From an uncultured virus (IMG/VR IMGVR_UViG_3300035698_010745) (taxonomy: Duplodnaviria > Heunggongvirae > Uroviricota > Caudoviricetes): a stretch of 64,000 nucleotides of DNA. This document shows, one piece after another, positions 1 through 10,592 of the stretch (within the stretch, counting starts at the first letter, position 1; each line of letters starts with the position of its first letter). Below the pieces are notes generated by a model, which did not search any database, had not been told where the DNA came from, and saw only the letters and a list, made by a program, of their open reading frames with translations. Location: IMG/VR virus record IMGVR_UViG_3300035698_010745; one strand, written 5' to 3'. The translations under genes and the position numbers were made by a program.

Positions 1-184
1 TCACACCGAACACACTGCGCGTAGAGTTCATCGTGTCTGGTACCCATGCCGTCTGTTGCGCCTCGCTCTATGTTGACATACGGCACTGCACCACGATGCC
101 CGACAAAAGAGTGCCGACAGCCCGTCTCTGGGTCTCTCGCCACTCTCCGCAGCGTCCTGTTTGGGTGGTGGTTGGTGTTCTGCA

Positions 185-400
185 TTAGCTTGCCACCTGT
201 TGGTCCGTGAGTTCCCGCACTGCATCCACATAGTCAGGATGTGGAGCACGGACGCGCAGCCTGTATGCCTTGTCTACTGCTCGCAGGAGTTGTCCCAGAA
301 TCGTGGGATGAAAGCTTCGTAACGCTTCCGCAACCTTATCAACCTGATTGATATTCAATGCGCTTTGCAACTCAATCACCGTCGTGTTCCCGTCCATCAT
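185..400 (-). CDS. hypothetical protein (71 aa)
   Basis: ORF preceded by AGGAGG SD and the conserved promoter-like motif at 414-445. Confidence 0.7.
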   Translation of the reverse strand: MMDGNTTVIELQSALNINQVDKVAEALRSFHPTILGQLLRAVDKAYRLRVRAPHPDYVDAVRELTDQQVAS

Positions 401-413
401 ACGTCCTCCTACA

Positions 414-445
414 CATTCATTGCGCCATACGGTCAGGATTCTGAA
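414..445 (-). promoter_or_regulatory. bipartite promoter-like motif, copy 1 (TTCAGAATCC-N12-GCAATGAATG)
   Basis: Same two boxes with fixed 12-nt gap found six times, each upstream of an SD/start. Confidence 0.7.
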
Positions 446-1344
446 TCTTTCTCAACCTGGGCAGCCATCGCCTGCGGCCCAAGCAACTCGTCAATGCCCG
501 GTATCTCTATCTCACACTCGCCATAAAACTCTTCCTGCCGGTATCCACGGAGCAACATGGATTCTCCGGGGTTCACAATCTTGCGGGCATCCTTCAAGGC
601 TACAAAGTCTCCCTCCCACTCCTCATCAAACGAGCCCCGCAACCCCGACGCCTGTATCGACTTGCCAATCATGGAGTAAACCTCCCACTGTTGCCGGTCC
701 TCGCCGCGCAACTCCTTGGTGATGTGGGCATTGATAGCCCGGCGTACCAGCGTTGCCTCGGACACCTTCCGGGGCTTGTGTTCCTTTGGTACGGACGGGT
801 TAGCCTCAAGATGGGCCACGCGCTTCTCGTAGTACCGCGCTTTCTTCTGCCACTTCTTGAGCCGGTTTGTGGCCAGCCGTATCTGCCGCTCCATCTCGGC
901 AACCTTAGCCTGGGCATGCTTGAGCCCAACCTCGGCCTTATCCATTGGGGTATCCTTGGGCTTGGGTTCGGTGGTCTTGTACGACAAGGACAACTTCTCG
1001 GCCTCGCTCCAGAACCGCTCACAATTCTTGAAGCCGTACCTGCCGGAGCCGCGCATCCACCGCTCCGTCTTCCACTTGGTGTGCTCCTTATTTGTCAGGT
1101 GCCGCAACTCATGCGCCACGAGGGATGCAAACTTGACCTTCTTGAGCCGGTCCGGTTTGGGAATGAGAATCTCTATGTGATACAAGCCACTCCACGCCGT
1201 ACCCGTATGCCACTTCTGGCTCGGTACGACCTCAACCGAAAGGCGCTTGCGCATGGCGGGCGTCCAGTCCTCCTGATTGGACACCCATGTGATAAACGCC
1301 CGCAGTTCCCGGCCATCATACTTCGTCTTGTTCACAAACTTCAT
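433..1344 (-). CDS. putative HExxH metallopeptidase-like protein with coiled coil
   Basis: VAHELRH motif; likely start MKFVNK at 1344 overlapping upstream stop. Confidence 0.5.
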   Translation of the reverse strand: MKFVNKTKYDGRELRAFITWVSNQEDWTPAMRKRLSVEVVPSQKWHTGTAWSGLYHIEILIPKPDRLKKVKFASLVAHELRHLTNKEHTKWKTERWMRGSGRYGFKNCERFWSEAEKLSLSYKTTEPKPKDTPMDKAEVGLKHAQAKVAEMERQIRLATNRLKKWQKKARYYEKRVAHLEANPSVPKEHKPRKVSEATLVRRAINAHITKELRGEDRQQWEVYSMIGKSIQASGLRGSFDEEWEGDFVALKDARKIVNPGESMLLRGYRQEEFYGECEIEIPGIDELLGPQAMAAQVEKDSES

Positions 1345-1523
1345 TTGCCACCTCTTGGGGGGTTGTCCTCCATACGCCACGCCCACTCACCATCTACGCG
1401 CCGGTACTTCTCTCCGCAATGCTGGCACGTCATCTTGTCGGCCACGGCTGCCGACCGGGACCGCTTGTTGCAGGCCGAGCAAATGAACACCACGATTTCA
1501 ATCTTGTCTGGTATCTTGCTCAC
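1341..1523 (-). CDS. small zinc-ribbon protein
   Basis: CSAC and CQHC pairs; GTG start overlapping upstream stop. Confidence 0.55.
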   Translation of the reverse strand: MSKIPDKIEIVVFICSACNKRSRSAAVADKMTCQHCGEKYRRVDGEWAWRMEDNPPRGGK

Positions 1524-1816
1524 AATCTCCCTCTCTTTACTCGCACCACCCTGCGCCGGGGATTGGCCTTGGCTTTCTCGCGAGCCTGCCTCTCGGCTTC
1601 CTTCTTGATGGCCTGTATGAAGGCCCACCCAATAGGTATGGAGTATGTCTTGTGCGTCCCCTTCTCCCGGAAGGTGATAACGTCACCTGGCTCCAGCCCC
1701 ACGATAATTTTCCGGCCACGATGGTCAAGGGACTTCACAGTCTGTCTATAGACCGTGCCACCCTTCCACTTACCATCCTTGCCGCGCCGGGCTCTCAATT
1801 CAGTGTACTTTGGCAT
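1520..1816 (-). CDS. basic hypothetical protein, apparent paralog of 56793-57200
   Basis: SD AAGGAG, promoter upstream; shared pattern V.L.P...I.F.EKG..K...P. Confidence 0.65.
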   Translation of the reverse strand: MPKYTELRARRGKDGKWKGGTVYRQTVKSLDHRGRKIIVGLEPGDVITFREKGTHKTYSIPIGWAFIQAIKKEAERQAREKAKANPRRRVVRVKRGRL

Positions 1817-1838
1817 CAGTTTACAATCTCCTTACACC

Positions 1839-1870
1839 CATTCATTGCACAAGAGGGCCTGGATTCTGAA
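1839..1870 (-). promoter_or_regulatory. promoter-like motif, copy 2
   Basis: TTCAGAATCC-N12-GCAATGAATG directly after a terminator. Confidence 0.7.
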
Positions 1871-1904
1871 AAAAAAAGAAAGGCCCGCATTCATTAGCGG
1901 GCCT
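1869..1904 (-). terminator. intrinsic terminator
   Basis: AGGCCCGC/GCGGGCCT stem, 8-nt loop, long U tract on minus strand. Confidence 0.85.
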
Positions 1905-2017
1905 CTCATGGCTACTCAACCACCATCGGATTTCACCGAATATCTTAAAAATCCAATCAAAGTCTAAAAAGGGGCCGCGCCTATCAAGGTGGTTTCATGG
2001 TGTCTCCTTTGTGTCTC

Positions 2018-2048
2018 CTTCATTGCACGAGGCACTCAAGATTCTGAA
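2018..2048 (-). promoter_or_regulatory. promoter-like motif, copy 3
   Basis: TTCAGAATCT-N12-GCAATGAAG. Confidence 0.6.
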
Positions 2049-2407
2049 GCGAGTATCGAAGATGCCTTCCGAACCCCGTTCCCCGTCGGAAGGTGTGGCA
2101 ACAAGGGCTTACTCCCCTCATTCGCAAGCATAGCACTAACCACGTTGCACACCCATTCGATTTCGGCTTGGTAGCACCGCCAGTGCCAGTAATCTTTCGC
2201 TTGCTCCCTGTAAGCGTTGTTGACCTTCTCCCCGGCAGCCTGGTAAAGCTCCACGAGCTGCTCCGGGGTACAGTCCTTGCACGTCAGGAATCCTTGCACG
2301 GCTCCCTCTCTCTTTATGGTCTTGGCGGGCGTAGTCCCGGCATAGTCCTCTTTGGCAGATTCGATGCCCTCCTCAATAATCCGCGTTAAAAAGTCCTCAT
2401 ATTTCAT
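2036..2407 (-). CDS. hypothetical phage protein
   Basis: 123-aa ORF in coupled gene run. Confidence 0.7.
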   Translation of the reverse strand: MKYEDFLTRIIEEGIESAKEDYAGTTPAKTIKREGAVQGFLTCKDCTPEQLVELYQAAGEKVNNAYREQAKDYWHWRCYQAEIEWVCNVVSAMLANEGSKPLLPHLPTGNGVRKASSILASES

Positions 2408-2565
2408 CTCTTTCCTCCTTTATTGGTATCACACAACCTTCTTCTTCCGCCCTCCACTGACGTATCCTACCAGGAAGGCCCGACCCTATCCCCGCCAATA
2501 TCGCTTCTTCTTCTTTAGACAGTTCCGGCTCCGGGCCATCCATAGCCTCGGCAACCTCCCTGTCA

Positions 2566-2973
2566 TCAAGAAACTTGTCTAGAGCCAGAGCCTCGAAGAG
2601 TTTTCCGACCTGGTCTTGGCTTATATCCCCTAACCCCATATAAGAACCACTCCAATCCATTCGCCTTGGCTATCTTCAGCATGCTGCGTGTCCCTTTGCC
2701 TCCACCGTCCCAGATGATGATGGCTCCATCGGCATAGTCTGCCATCTGCTTGTTGCGCCTTGGCCCGGCTACCTTGCCGTACTTGTCCCACTCCGCTGGA
2801 AAGATTTTGGGCTTACGCCGCAGCACTTCCTTCGACCATCGCTCTCCCATCGTATCAACGCCCTTCGCGTGTCCCGATACGACTTCGGTAATATCGAACG
2901 GAGCCAGATGTACTGCAATAAGGAGTGACACATAGTCTTCATAATCACGTGGTCCTGCTATGATGATTTTCAC
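2566..2973 (-). CDS. DUF2493 / YspA-like SLOG-family protein
   Basis: IIAGPRD, VVSGHAKGVD, AEWDKYGKVAGPRRNKQM, WDG..KGTRSM. Confidence 0.85.
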   Translation of the reverse strand: MKIIIAGPRDYEDYVSLLIAVHLAPFDITEVVSGHAKGVDTMGERWSKEVLRRKPKIFPAEWDKYGKVAGPRRNKQMADYADGAIIIWDGGGKGTRSMLKIAKANGLEWFLYGVRGYKPRPGRKTLRGSGSRQVS

Positions 2974-3256
2974 GAGTAATCCCCAGGTATACTACGGACA
3001 GAAATGCCACCACCATCCACGGAGAGATTGCCCAAGGAACAAGCCAACCCCTCTCCGACAAAGCAATAACGCCACCGCTTGTGCATGACGCGAATATACC
3101 AATAAAAATCATCAATCTTCTCATAGCCTCCACTCCGAGTGAGCCATAAACTCATTCTCGATTATCTCCAAGACATGTCGGCTCTCTTCCATACGAGATG
3201 CAATGCGGGCAACCCTGTCATCGGGGATATCCCCTTCCAACAGACTAGTGCACTCA

Positions 3257-4294
3257 TTAATGTCCGACAACAATACCTTGTGGACGTGCTTCAATTCTTG
3301 CTCTGAGAGCTTCATCTTCCACCGTTTTTGGGTCAACCTTTGCGTTGACTACTGTTCCATCTATCCTGATTGCGCCCTTGCGCTTCGTGCCATCCTTGCG
3401 TATCGGGTAGCTCCTGAAATGCCATGTCCGCCAATGTACTTCCGGCGAAGCGTGCGTCCCCTTCAACCCCGACGGCACGCCAATTATGTTCCCAGTCATC
3501 TCGATATTTTTAGGAACGAACTCCTTGTCCCGACGGCCATCAGGGATTCCACCGTGGACATATTCGGGACATGCCTGAATATAGACAAGAAGGTGAGTTA
3601 CCAACTTCGTCATCACATACTGTTGGTGAGCCTCCTCGTCGGTTAAATTCAATATCCCCGTCAAGCCCTTTAGCTTAAAAGTGTCCCTAAAGGATTCAAA
3701 ATCTCCTTCGGACTTGAAACATTTATTCAAGAATGAGCTGGGGACAGAGACACGATACAGGAAAGCACCTGTCTTGTCGGTGTTGCGCCCCCAATAGCTG
3801 ATATGTAGACCAATTTCTTCAACTGGCACAATACCCGATACAGGCACGCGCTCACATGGGAACCCCACCTTGGCCCCGAAGTCTTTGAACACTTTATTGT
3901 ACTGGTGACCATCCATCACTGTCACCATGCAACCCTCCAACTGCGCCCCTTTAATCTCACATCGGGGCCATGCAACAGAAAAGACGCGGGGAATCTTGTC
4001 CAAGTCCAAGTCGTCCAGGCTCAATGACATCTTCGCACGCCACAACATTTCCAACAGGGCAGGCGTTTCGGGGAAGTACATCCGGCAACCATTCATCGTG
4101 TAAAGGTCTTCGTCGATAATGATGTTGGACTCTATCGTCCGGTTCATCTCGGTCCTTGAGAACATCTGACGAATAGTTTTCTTCCACACGTCGCCCCTGC
4201 CACTTCCCCGTAATTTCTTGGGAATCTTCTTCAAGGCCGATTGCATCAGCTTGCTCGTCAGCATCCGGTATGGAAGGTATACAACCTTGCTCAT
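3257..4294 (-). CDS. hypothetical phage protein (345 aa)
   Basis: Long ORF; C-terminal SPEVHWRTWHFR resembles a motif common in phage proteins of unknown function. Confidence 0.75.
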   Translation of the reverse strand: MSKVVYLPYRMLTSKLMQSALKKIPKKLRGSGRGDVWKKTIRQMFSRTEMNRTIESNIIIDEDLYTMNGCRMYFPETPALLEMLWRAKMSLSLDDLDLDKIPRVFSVAWPRCEIKGAQLEGCMVTVMDGHQYNKVFKDFGAKVGFPCERVPVSGIVPVEEIGLHISYWGRNTDKTGAFLYRVSVPSSFLNKCFKSEGDFESFRDTFKLKGLTGILNLTDEEAHQQYVMTKLVTHLLVYIQACPEYVHGGIPDGRRDKEFVPKNIEMTGNIIGVPSGLKGTHASPEVHWRTWHFRSYPIRKDGTKRKGAIRIDGTVVNAKVDPKTVEDEALRARIEARPQGIVVGH

Positions 4295-5049
4295 GGCAAT
4301 CTCTTAGCCCTTTCAACACCCTTGAGGTACTCAGCAATCACGGCCACCTGTTCGGTCTCCTCGGCATCCCCTGGGTCCTCTACCCAAATTCCAACATCTG
4401 GCCCGTCCGGGTTCTTCGGCTTCTCCTTCTCGTCATACCAGATACCGGGCAATTCCGTATCGCGTCCAAGCTGCGGGTGCACGCTGTAATTGATATTGAG
4501 ACGCAGACCGATACGCTCGCTGATGTCCCGGCAAACTCGCTGCTGCGGCGTCTCCTGGTGACCGGCCATCTGGTGTGTGCGCTCCCCCACCTCCCTCAAC
4601 AACTCGTTACACTCTTCGCTTTTCAACCCCTTATCGAGAAGTTCCTGGATTTCGTCCTCTATCTTGTCTGCGAGTTCTTCGTTGGTTTGATAGCTTTCGC
4701 TATCAATACTGAACATGTTTGACATTGACACCAGTTCATCAAACAGCTTTTCCGTGTCGGGATGGTCTTCCACCTCCTTGACGCCCTTGAGCCCTTCAAT
4801 CCGTTCCCTAAGCGTGTCCAGTTCTCCAATATCGTTCGGGTCGAAATCCACGCGGATAACCAAAGACACCGAGTCCTTGTCCTCATCCTCTCCTCCGTCA
4901 TCTTCCTCGCGATTGCGGTCTTGGGAGTCTTTCTCCTCCGTGCCATCTTGGGGGTCGGGGTCCACGACGTCCCGATCCCCCTGCCCGATGATGTCTAAAT
5001 CGGGAGGGAGTTCTCCTGTGGGCAAATCATCTGTGCCAACGTTATTCAT
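4291..5049 (-). CDS. highly acidic hypothetical protein
   Basis: 252-aa D/E-rich ORF with ATGA overlaps at both ends. Confidence 0.7.
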   Translation of the reverse strand: MNNVGTDDLPTGELPPDLDIIGQGDRDVVDPDPQDGTEEKDSQDRNREEDDGGEDEDKDSVSLVIRVDFDPNDIGELDTLRERIEGLKGVKEVEDHPDTEKLFDELVSMSNMFSIDSESYQTNEELADKIEDEIQELLDKGLKSEECNELLREVGERTHQMAGHQETPQQRVCRDISERIGLRLNINYSVHPQLGRDTELPGIWYDEKEKPKNPDGPDVGIWVEDPGDAEETEQVAVIAEYLKGVERAKRLP

Positions 5050-5285
5050 CTCAACATCTCGACCGAGACTCCCACAATCCCTTTCAGGAGTTCTTCCACA
5101 TCTGCCCGACGGACATTACCTGGACACGTCACAAGCATGTCAGCGCCAGTCTTGTCGCCGTCGTTACCGTCGTCTCCGTCTTCGGCCTCTACGTGTGTGA
5201 CCTCGGACAGCATCTCTATACGATTGCAGAGCCGGTCAATGTCACTCGTCTCCGCCGTCACCTCTATCTTTACTTTCTGTGCCAT
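5046..5285 (-). CDS. small acidic protein
   Basis: SD GAGGAAGG; coupled to downstream gene. Confidence 0.6.
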   Translation of the reverse strand: MAQKVKIEVTAETSDIDRLCNRIEMLSEVTHVEAEDGDDGNDGDKTGADMLVTCPGNVRRADVEELLKGIVGVSVEMLR

Positions 5286-5565
5286 CGCCTTCCTCCTCTT
5301 TTTCTAACCAGATGGGACCTTTGCCAAGAACGAACCCATCTGGCTGTTCGTCCTTTGGGGGGTCTTGCACCGGGAGATTTTTCACCCGTACCTCCACCCC
5401 CTTTGCATAATCAAGCGTTACCAGCGTCACCCTGGATGGCGGGTCGGCTACTCGCCCATGCAAGTTTGTGAAACTCTCCATTGCCTTCTGAACATCTTCC
5501 ATCAACTGTGCCCGGACTTCACCATTCTCGTTCTCGTTGACCACTATCGCCAATTGCTCTCTCAT
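5242..5565 (-). CDS. hypothetical protein
   Basis: 107-aa ORF starting at the stop of the LpxR-like gene. Confidence 0.55.
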   Translation of the reverse strand: MREQLAIVVNENENGEVRAQLMEDVQKAMESFTNLHGRVADPPSRVTLVTLDYAKGVEVRVKNLPVQDPPKDEQPDGFVLGKGPIWLEKEEEGDGTESKDRGDGGDE

Positions 5566-6494
5566 CAGAATCCCCTTGTTACCGAGAGCAAGACCGAACC
5601 GTAATCTACGGAATGCGCCTGCCCTTCGAACTCTTTTGACCTTGCTACTGCGGAATACACCAACCGGATATCGTTTTGTGTTCTAAGCGCACTATTAATC
5701 CCCACCGAAATACCCACTCTTAAATCTCCCACAAGTTCCCTAAGTCTCCGACTGGGACCACCCCGGAACAAACTGCCACCAAGTGTGGCATTGTGAAGTA
5801 CGACACGGCCCTTACCCTCTACAAACACGTAAGCGGACAACTCGTTTGCCGTTACGACCGTCGGCTTGATAAGCCCCAAGTTGAAGTCATCTGGGACATG
5901 CCAGCCTCCCCGGAACAAGACACCCGCATCCCCGTTAACAAACGCCGTCCCCAGGGAACCCCCGAATACACCTGTAGCGTCAAATTTCAATGGACCGCCA
6001 ACAGCATAAAGAGGGCGATAGTATTCAAGTGTCACATTGACAAAGGGCTCGTTGGGTATCTGATTGTGCCACCCCTTCGGTTCGGTGACACCAATCTCGT
6101 CATGGAACCAAGTTTGAATGTGGTCGGATTGCGACCACTCTCCCAGGACACCCACCATCCATTCCGAACGCCATGAGTCCCTCTCGGCGTGCCGCCACTC
6201 CTCCATCACAATAGCTGTAAGACCCGCCCAAGGCCGTTCATTAGGTTGGTTTTCAGAGACACCGATTTTGGTAGGCGTATACATTAGATTGCGAATGCCG
6301 TATGACCGCATTCGGACGCTATTCTTCTTCCGCACCACTCTCTCGGGAACCAGTACCTCCAAGCCTTGAGTGTAGTAATCATCCGAGCCGGTAAAGGAAT
6401 CATTCTCTTCCCGGACGATAACCCCGCTTGTACGAGTGGTTCCCGCAAGCATCAGAATCACAACCGGAATCGTAATAAGTCGTTTATCCACCAT
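5565..6494 (-). CDS. lpxR: lipid A 3'-O-deacylase LpxR family (DUF2219) outer-membrane beta-barrel
   Basis: Signal-like N-terminus from ATG 6494; ENDSF..DDYYTQG, YTP..I, ERPWAG, Q.WFH, GWHNQIPNE, NATLGGSLF, RSKEFEGQ, terminal F. ORF stays open in frame to 6770. Confidence 0.85.
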   Translation of the reverse strand: MVDKRLITIPVVILMLAGTTRTSGVIVREENDSFTGSDDYYTQGLEVLVPERVVRKKNSVRMRSYGIRNLMYTPTKIGVSENQPNERPWAGLTAIVMEEWRHAERDSWRSEWMVGVLGEWSQSDHIQTWFHDEIGVTEPKGWHNQIPNEPFVNVTLEYYRPLYAVGGPLKFDATGVFGGSLGTAFVNGDAGVLFRGGWHVPDDFNLGLIKPTVVTANELSAYVFVEGKGRVVLHNATLGGSLFRGGPSRRLRELVGDLRVGISVGINSALRTQNDIRLVYSAVARSKEFEGQAHSVDYGSVLLSVTRGF

Positions 6495-7016
6495 CTCTTC
6501 CTCTTTCCAAATTCCTACGGAACCTCTTGGACACGAATAAGCGGCCATCCGTTCCCAGTGTTCCTTCGTCGCCGCATCTGTCCATTCCTGAATCTCACTA
6601 GCCGAAGTGGTACCCGCAGACAATGTCGCCTGCATGAACTTCATGTCCGTTTCGAACACGGCTTCCATAGCGGCCCGCTTCGCCATCTGTTTGCGAATAG
6701 CTTCGCTCGTCAAAGATGAAGACTGTCCCTTTGGGAGCGGGCTCCATCCAGGTGCGATTGCCGTGTTCATCTGTCATCACAATTTTCGTTACGGACGGGC
6801 CTGACGCCATGTCTATCCCGACGGACATTCCCCATTGCAAATTCTGCCCAGACAAAGATGCTTCCTTTTGGCACGGCTCCTGCATACTCCATCTCCTCCA
6901 CGCACAACGGACATTCCGGGGGAAGATTCAATCCCCATGTCGTCCGCGCCATAAGCGTCCTATGCGGGCACGTCCAAATCATGTATGGCTCTGCGTCTAC
7001 ACTTGGCATTCTCGAA

Positions 7017-7436
7017 TTATCCAGCCGTGCATTTCTTCGCCTTTCTAACGTGACCCTCCATGTACTTTTTGTACAAGGTCTCCACAAACTGAGGAAGCAC
7101 CCCCTCCTTGGCTGCCTCATTGACGGCGAGCGTCTTGCCACCCCGAAGCAATCGGTTCACCTCAAGGCTCTTGAGCAGTATCTGCCCTTCGCCTCGGACG
7201 GAGTGAACCAGTATCACCATGTCCACGGGAATCGCTCCCTTCACACAAGATAGCCAGCTCCCGATTTCAACCTCTGTGCCGGATTCGGCCATCTTCCCCT
7301 CATCATCATAGTCCACAAGTAGTGCTGCTCCGGTTGGCCCCCGTAAAACCACCCCGTTCGGGATGTCGGTTGCTTTGACTCCACGCGGCAAATCCACAAC
7401 GGATGCCTCCGACCGATATTGATACTTCTCTCCCAC
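7017..7436 (-). CDS. hypothetical protein
   Basis: 139-aa ORF with GAGGAG SD. Confidence 0.65.
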   Translation of the reverse strand: MGEKYQYRSEASVVDLPRGVKATDIPNGVVLRGPTGAALLVDYDDEGKMAESGTEVEIGSWLSCVKGAIPVDMVILVHSVRGEGQILLKSLEVNRLLRGGKTLAVNEAAKEGVLPQFVETLYKKYMEGHVRKAKKCTAG

Positions 7437-8119
7437 TCATTGCTCCTCGCTACAGATATTCTGGGTTTTCCTCATTATACACTCACAACGGCCTCTGTCG
7501 CCGGACAAATCGCAACAGACCCTTCGGGGCAAAGAGCGGGACCCCACTCCCAGCCACATTCGGGACACCAGCGATGACCACTAACGATAACACCGCCACT
7601 ATCCCTCATATCATCCGACCGTGGCTCCCCGCGATACCAGCAGTGGCTACACGCCGGGATGTTCTCAGGACCGAACGCTACATACTTCCTCATCGAAGAC
7701 ATACGCTTGTTTACAGGGCACAATAACATCTTTGGAATACATCCTCCTCCCCTTCATGTCCACAGCGGATAAGAAGTTCTGATTCCCACAATCACAGCGG
7801 TCCGTCATCCATGTGCCCTTGAAATGAGCACCGCACTTGCGGCAATGCCAAGTAACCTTCATGTGGGCTCCTCCTCGTTGCAAATAACAACCGCCGAAGA
7901 ATCATAAGGAATCCACATCTGCCTAAGAGTTCTCCCCATCCCGCAATCCAGACAATGCCCTGATAGGACGAACCACGCTCTATACAAATGCTCTGGCAAT
8001 GGGGACACGCCCGGACATTCCCCGCCCGAAAGGACTGCCCCTTCTCCCGATGTATACAGAATTCCTTGCACTCGAAACAGGGCCGTAACTGCCGCAAGCG
8101 GACACCATTACCCTTCAGG

Positions 8120-8491
8120 CTAAACACAGCTTATTTCCTCCTCCCAGATGATAACGGCACCCCCGCAAGTCAATCTCGTTGCAAGTTTCTGACGGCCCTT
8201 ACCCGTCCGCATCATTTCCCGAATGGGCTTCGGAATTGACGAGAAGCCCTCCCGCTTAACATCTGCGAGACTCACGCACCAACCTGCCCCGCACCCTTCA
8301 CAACAAAAACCAATCGTCCGGGCCAACGGGTTATCCGCAGACAAGATTTGCTTGTGGTAGCAATGATGGTAGCCGACGACCGTCAATAACTCCATCATGC
8401 GCACGGGTACACGCTCCTCATCCCTGACGAATACAGTATGCCCGTCATAGCCTGGAGGCCCTAGGGCACCTTGATGTCCGTTATAGCTCAC
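8120..8491 (-). CDS. motif-bearing Zn protein with T.KGR.KLA segment
   Basis: CEGC; MRTGKGRQKLAT then GGAVIIWEEE. Confidence 0.6.
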   Translation of the reverse strand: MSYNGHQGALGPPGYDGHTVFVRDEERVPVRMMELLTVVGYHHCYHKQILSADNPLARTIGFCCEGCGAGWCVSLADVKREGFSSIPKPIREMMRTGKGRQKLATRLTCGGAVIIWEEEISCV

Positions 8492-9186
8492 GGTATAGCC
8501 CCCAGGCCACTTCTCTGCATGAGGTCTTTAACGGGTGCTTCCCACTTCTTCTCCAACAACTTTCGATTCCGCTCCATCAGGGATTTATCGATTGAACCCT
8601 CCCTCTCGCAGAACGGTTTGCCCACGTGCTCCACCATTGCCCTGTGCAATGCCTGACCCGACCGAAAGCCCGCATCAACAAACTTCAGTCCGAAGTCAAT
8701 GTCCTCAAAGCCATACGCACCATCGAACCGTTCATCATACCCACCCAACGCATACCAAACCATCTTCGGCATGGCTGTATTGGCACTGGACCAGTACGCC
8801 CCTGGGATGCCAAAGATTTCCGACGATAACTGGACAAACACCCCATCCACCATCCGGCCCAGGATAAAGGGTCCTCGGGACGCCTGGACATCGTCAAGAG
8901 CCTTCAAGTGAGCTTCAACCCAACGTTTGCCCGTAAGCCTCATGTCGTCGTCCAAGAAGATAAGGGTATCTCCCGTGGCCAACTCCACTGCCCGGTTTAC
9001 CATTTGGACCCTATGATATCCTTCATCCTGTCTCCAAAGGTATCGGTCCCCACAGACCACAGGCTCTTGACTCCCATCATCTGCCACCACAATCTCCACA
9101 GGCACAGTCTGTCCCCGAAGCTGTGCTATCAAATCGTGCAGCATCTCTTTACGATTGTAAGTAGAGATAATCACAGACACTTTCAC
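8488..9186 (-). CDS. glycosyltransferase family 2
   Basis: VSVIISTYNR, VVADDGS, FLDDD, GGYDERF..YGFEDIDF. Confidence 0.92.
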   Translation of the reverse strand: MKVSVIISTYNRKEMLHDLIAQLRGQTVPVEIVVADDGSQEPVVCGDRYLWRQDEGYHRVQMVNRAVELATGDTLIFLDDDMRLTGKRWVEAHLKALDDVQASRGPFILGRMVDGVFVQLSSEIFGIPGAYWSSANTAMPKMVWYALGGYDERFDGAYGFEDIDFGLKFVDAGFRSGQALHRAMVEHVGKPFCEREGSIDKSLMERNRKLLEKKWEAPVKDLMQRSGLGAIP

Positions 9187-10154
9187 GTTGCCACCTCAAA
9201 TGGTACCCGTACCCGGCACGGAAGGCCATCCTGCACAGAGACAAAGCCCTCCGGGGTCTCTACCTGTTCATCCCAAGTGTAAACTCCCAAGAACGGCCAC
9301 ATTAGCCATCTATCACCGTGAGAGGCACATTCAGGACATGGGTCAAGGTCCGCGTCACCGACATAACCACAGATGTAACACCGCCCCAGCGTTGAAAGGT
9401 CTTCTTGTTCCACACAGGCACAACCCATAGGAACTATTGCCGACCGACCGCCACACTTGCAAATATACTCTAGTGCAAGAAGTCGCTTGCCGCATTTCCT
9501 ACAACGGACACGGCCCTTCTTCGCAGCCTCGGCAACAACTTTCCGTGCCCTCCATTGTTCCTCACTCATCAGCATTGGGAAACCTTCCTTCCCACAACTT
9601 GCTCATCCATCACGATAACTATACCCTCCGAGACATCTGCCGTGTTGTCCCTCCAAAGGTGTGACGCCTCCGGGTAACATCCACATGCCGCCCACTTGCG
9701 TTGTTCCTCCACCCACGGGCAATCACACATATACGCTGGACGCGAGCAGTGTCGACAGCGGCGTGTATTGAAGCGTCGGAATCGGGTCCGAAGCCAAGTG
9801 CTCAAGTTCGACCACCACGCTGCCACACGTCCACTTTGCAGTTTCCTCGCAAGTGTTCGGGTCTTTTCCACGATTGCACGAACGCTCACTCCCGATGGGG
9901 TCATACTCTGTACACTTCCTGTTTGGACATTCCCTCATTCAACGCCACACTCCTCAAGGATGCGGTCCATCTCTTCTTCGGAGGGCAGCTCCTCCCCTCG
10001 CTTTTTAGCCGCTATGTCGTCCAGGACGTCATGTCCGCCGGGGTAGGGAAGTGGTTCATCTGGATTGCCGTCGACAATAAAGACAGGACGACCGCCCCAC
10101 CTTCCGGCGAGTCCGGCCTTCTGATACTCCACCCTGGTCTCGCGGCGAGTCTCC

Positions 10155-10592
10155 TTACGGATGTTTGCCTGCATGTGAGCCCAGTAATCCGAGCTGACCT
10201 TGAGAGGAGTCTCCAGTCCGGCCCTGTCCGCAGCTTGTTCCAACTGGCGACGGATGCGGATGGCTACGTAGTTCTTTCTGCTCACCAGTCTCCCCATTGT
10301 AGAGCTTTGGAGTGGCTCCGGGAAACACCTGGTCCAGCTCGCCAGGCAAGTGCCACAACAACTCTCGCTCCTTCGTGGTGGTCACCCAGCCCTCTAAAAT
10401 CTTTCGACCAGCGTGGATATCGTCGTGACATGACGGACAAATCCATGCTCGGTTCCACCACCGGTTCCATTGCACGCCAATGTCTCTGCCGTGAATATGG
10501 TGCTCTACGAGCATTCGCACGGTATGACATATTGGGCATTCCCGGCTGCCCGACCTGGCGGCTTGGCGCTCCCCCTTCAAAGTCCTTCGCAT
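10155..10592 (-). CDS. HNH endonuclease-like protein
   Basis: CPIC..EHHIHG..N...ICPSCHDDIH. Confidence 0.75.
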   Translation of the reverse strand: MRRTLKGERQAARSGSRECPICHTVRMLVEHHIHGRDIGVQWNRWWNRAWICPSCHDDIHAGRKILEGWVTTTKERELLWHLPGELDQVFPGATPKLYNGETGEQKELRSHPHPSPVGTSCGQGRTGDSSQGQLGLLGSHAGKHP

